IMG/VR virus record: IMGVR_UViG_3300045988_003045
Location: 1 to 5,638 of that record
DNA: 5,638 nt
Direction: 5' to 3' (one strand)
Source: a virus
Made by a program: the position numbers and the translations under genes. The notes under the pieces are model-generated. The model did not search any database and had not been told where the DNA came from. It saw nothing but the letters and a program-made list of their open reading frames with translations. Numbering within the stretch: position 1 is the first letter of the stretch; every line of letters begins with the position of its first letter. Below, piece by piece: positions 5,104-5,638 of this stretch.

Positions 5104-5485
5104 TGTTTTCCTCCTGTTTCTTTGTCTCTTCTGCGGCCTTTTTCTGCATCCTCTGCAGTTCCATTGCATTGGCTTGCGCCGTTGCCATCATGGCGTGATA
5201 CTCGTGAATGTTTGTCGGCCATTCGGTGATATCCATGACTTCGTCTGTTTTTGCGCTGTCTACTAGACTTTTGGCAAACTCCGGGTCGAAACTTGCTTTG
5301 CGGACAATGTTTTTGATGTCGCATTCATCTGCATAGCTTTCAATTTCGCCCTGAATGTCGATTGGTTCGGTTTCAATCAACTTTTGGTTGCCTTTCTCGT
5401 CTTTTCCCCAGACGTATTGCTTGCGCAGTTTTTCGCCCGAATTTGAAAAGAAGGGCTTTCGCCCCTCCTCGTATCGCTTATTCAT
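5090..5485 (-). CDS. VP3: Internal scaffolding protein-like (Microviridae VP3-like), 131 aa
   Basis: This acidic 131-aa protein is encoded directly upstream of VP1 and overlaps it by 14 nt. The central segment IQGEIESYADECDIKNIVRKASFDPE resembles the conserved core I recall from gokushovirus VP3 proteins. An SD, GGGAGGG (about 5499-5493), spans the circular junction 9 nt upstream of the ATG. The assignment rests on size, position and partial motif recall, not on a search. Confidence 0.65.
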   Translation of the reverse strand: MNKRYEEGRKPFFSNSGEKLRKQYVWGKDEKGNQKLIETEPIDIQGEIESYADECDIKNIVRKASFDPEFAKSLVDSAKTDEVMDITEWPTNIHEYHAMMATAQANAMELQRMQKKAAEETKKQEENNEPE

Positions 5486-5638
5486 GCGGCTTGCCCTCCC
5501 ATACTTTTTCCGGCTCTACGCTGTCGAATCTGCCCGTTTCATCGTCGAAGTCTGCGATATGGTAGCCCTTGTAGTCTTCGGGTGACTGGCCCAGGAACGT
5601 TTTCTCGTCCTTTGCCATGATATTGCACATTCGTTCAA
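5478..5638 (-). CDS. Second (duplicated) view of the junction-spanning 80-aa hypothetical ORF: its 3' end (5478-5497) plus the repeated copy of codons 28-74
   Basis: The same reading frame as 1-223 continues through 5638-5498 (the repeat copy) into unique sequence and stops at TAA 5480-5478. This overlaps the VP3-like start (ATG 5485) by 8 nt. Confidence 0.55.
   Translation of the reverse strand, partial: ERMCNIMAKDEKTFLGQSPEDYKGYHIADFDDETGRFDSVEPEKVWEGKPHE
5498..5638. repeat. Terminal direct repeat, copy B (identical to 1-141)
   Basis: See copy A. The identity is exact over 141 nt. Confidence 0.97.

Noticed and set aside
5104-5169. 22-codon highly basic in-frame extension of VP1 (MQWNCRGCRKRPQKRQRNRRKT), resembling the Arg-rich N-terminal arms of some ssDNA virus capsids
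   Set aside because: There is no SD before ATG 5169, whereas ATG 5103 has GGAGG at 6 nt. The stretch is the out-of-frame reading of the purine-rich 3' end of the VP3-like gene, which explains the basic composition. The conserved VP1 N-terminus begins right after the 5103 start.
184-5585. All plus-strand ORFs in the supplied track (for example 4669-5229 at 186 aa, 4306-4626 at 106 aa, 3571-3870 at 99 aa, 756-1037 at 93 aa, 327-593 at 88 aa, 5355-5585 at 76 aa)
   Set aside because: Each lies antisense to a minus-strand gene with strong motif or SD support. Their translations are Cys/Phe/Leu/Ser/Val-rich and low-complexity, as expected from reading the complement of a purine-rich coding strand. 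None has a convincing SD. Microviridae express genes from one strand only.

Overview
The window is one complete, circularly permuted ssDNA phage genome of the family Microviridae, with a gokushovirus-like gene set. Bases 1-141 are identical to 5498-5638, so the unique circle is 5,497 nt. All credible genes lie on the minus strand. I reject every plus-strand ORF in the track as an antisense artefact. Gene order read 5'->3' on the minus strand is: VP3-like scaffold (5485-5090), major capsid VP1 (5103-3427), pilot/minor capsid VP2 (3387-2572), HUH rolling-circle Rep VP4 (2575-1556), a 407-nt non-coding region (1555-1149), a peptidase M15 (1148-765), and three small ORFans (762-658, 562-320, and an 80-aa ORF running 223-1 then 5497-5478 across the circular junction, which the linear ORF track misses). 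Genes are tightly packed, with ATGA and 8-14 nt overlaps, and nearly all have strong Shine-Dalgarno sites. I see no tRNA, rRNA, CRISPR array, integrase, transposase or recognisable defence system. The parts not explained by ordinary microvirus annotation are listed here. (1) The non-coding region holds an array of TTCAACA heptamers bracketed by a duplicated 20-mer carrying a DnaA-box-like TTTTCCACA, a GC-rich island of alternating purine/pyrimidine, and a perfect 11-bp hairpin. (2) Terminator-like hairpins lie inside the 5' end of rep and between VP1 and VP2; the second also bridges a distant SD to the VP2 start codon. (3) The peptidase plus small-ORFan accessory module has no holin or signal peptide. 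Functional readings of these elements are inference and need searches or experiments I cannot run here.
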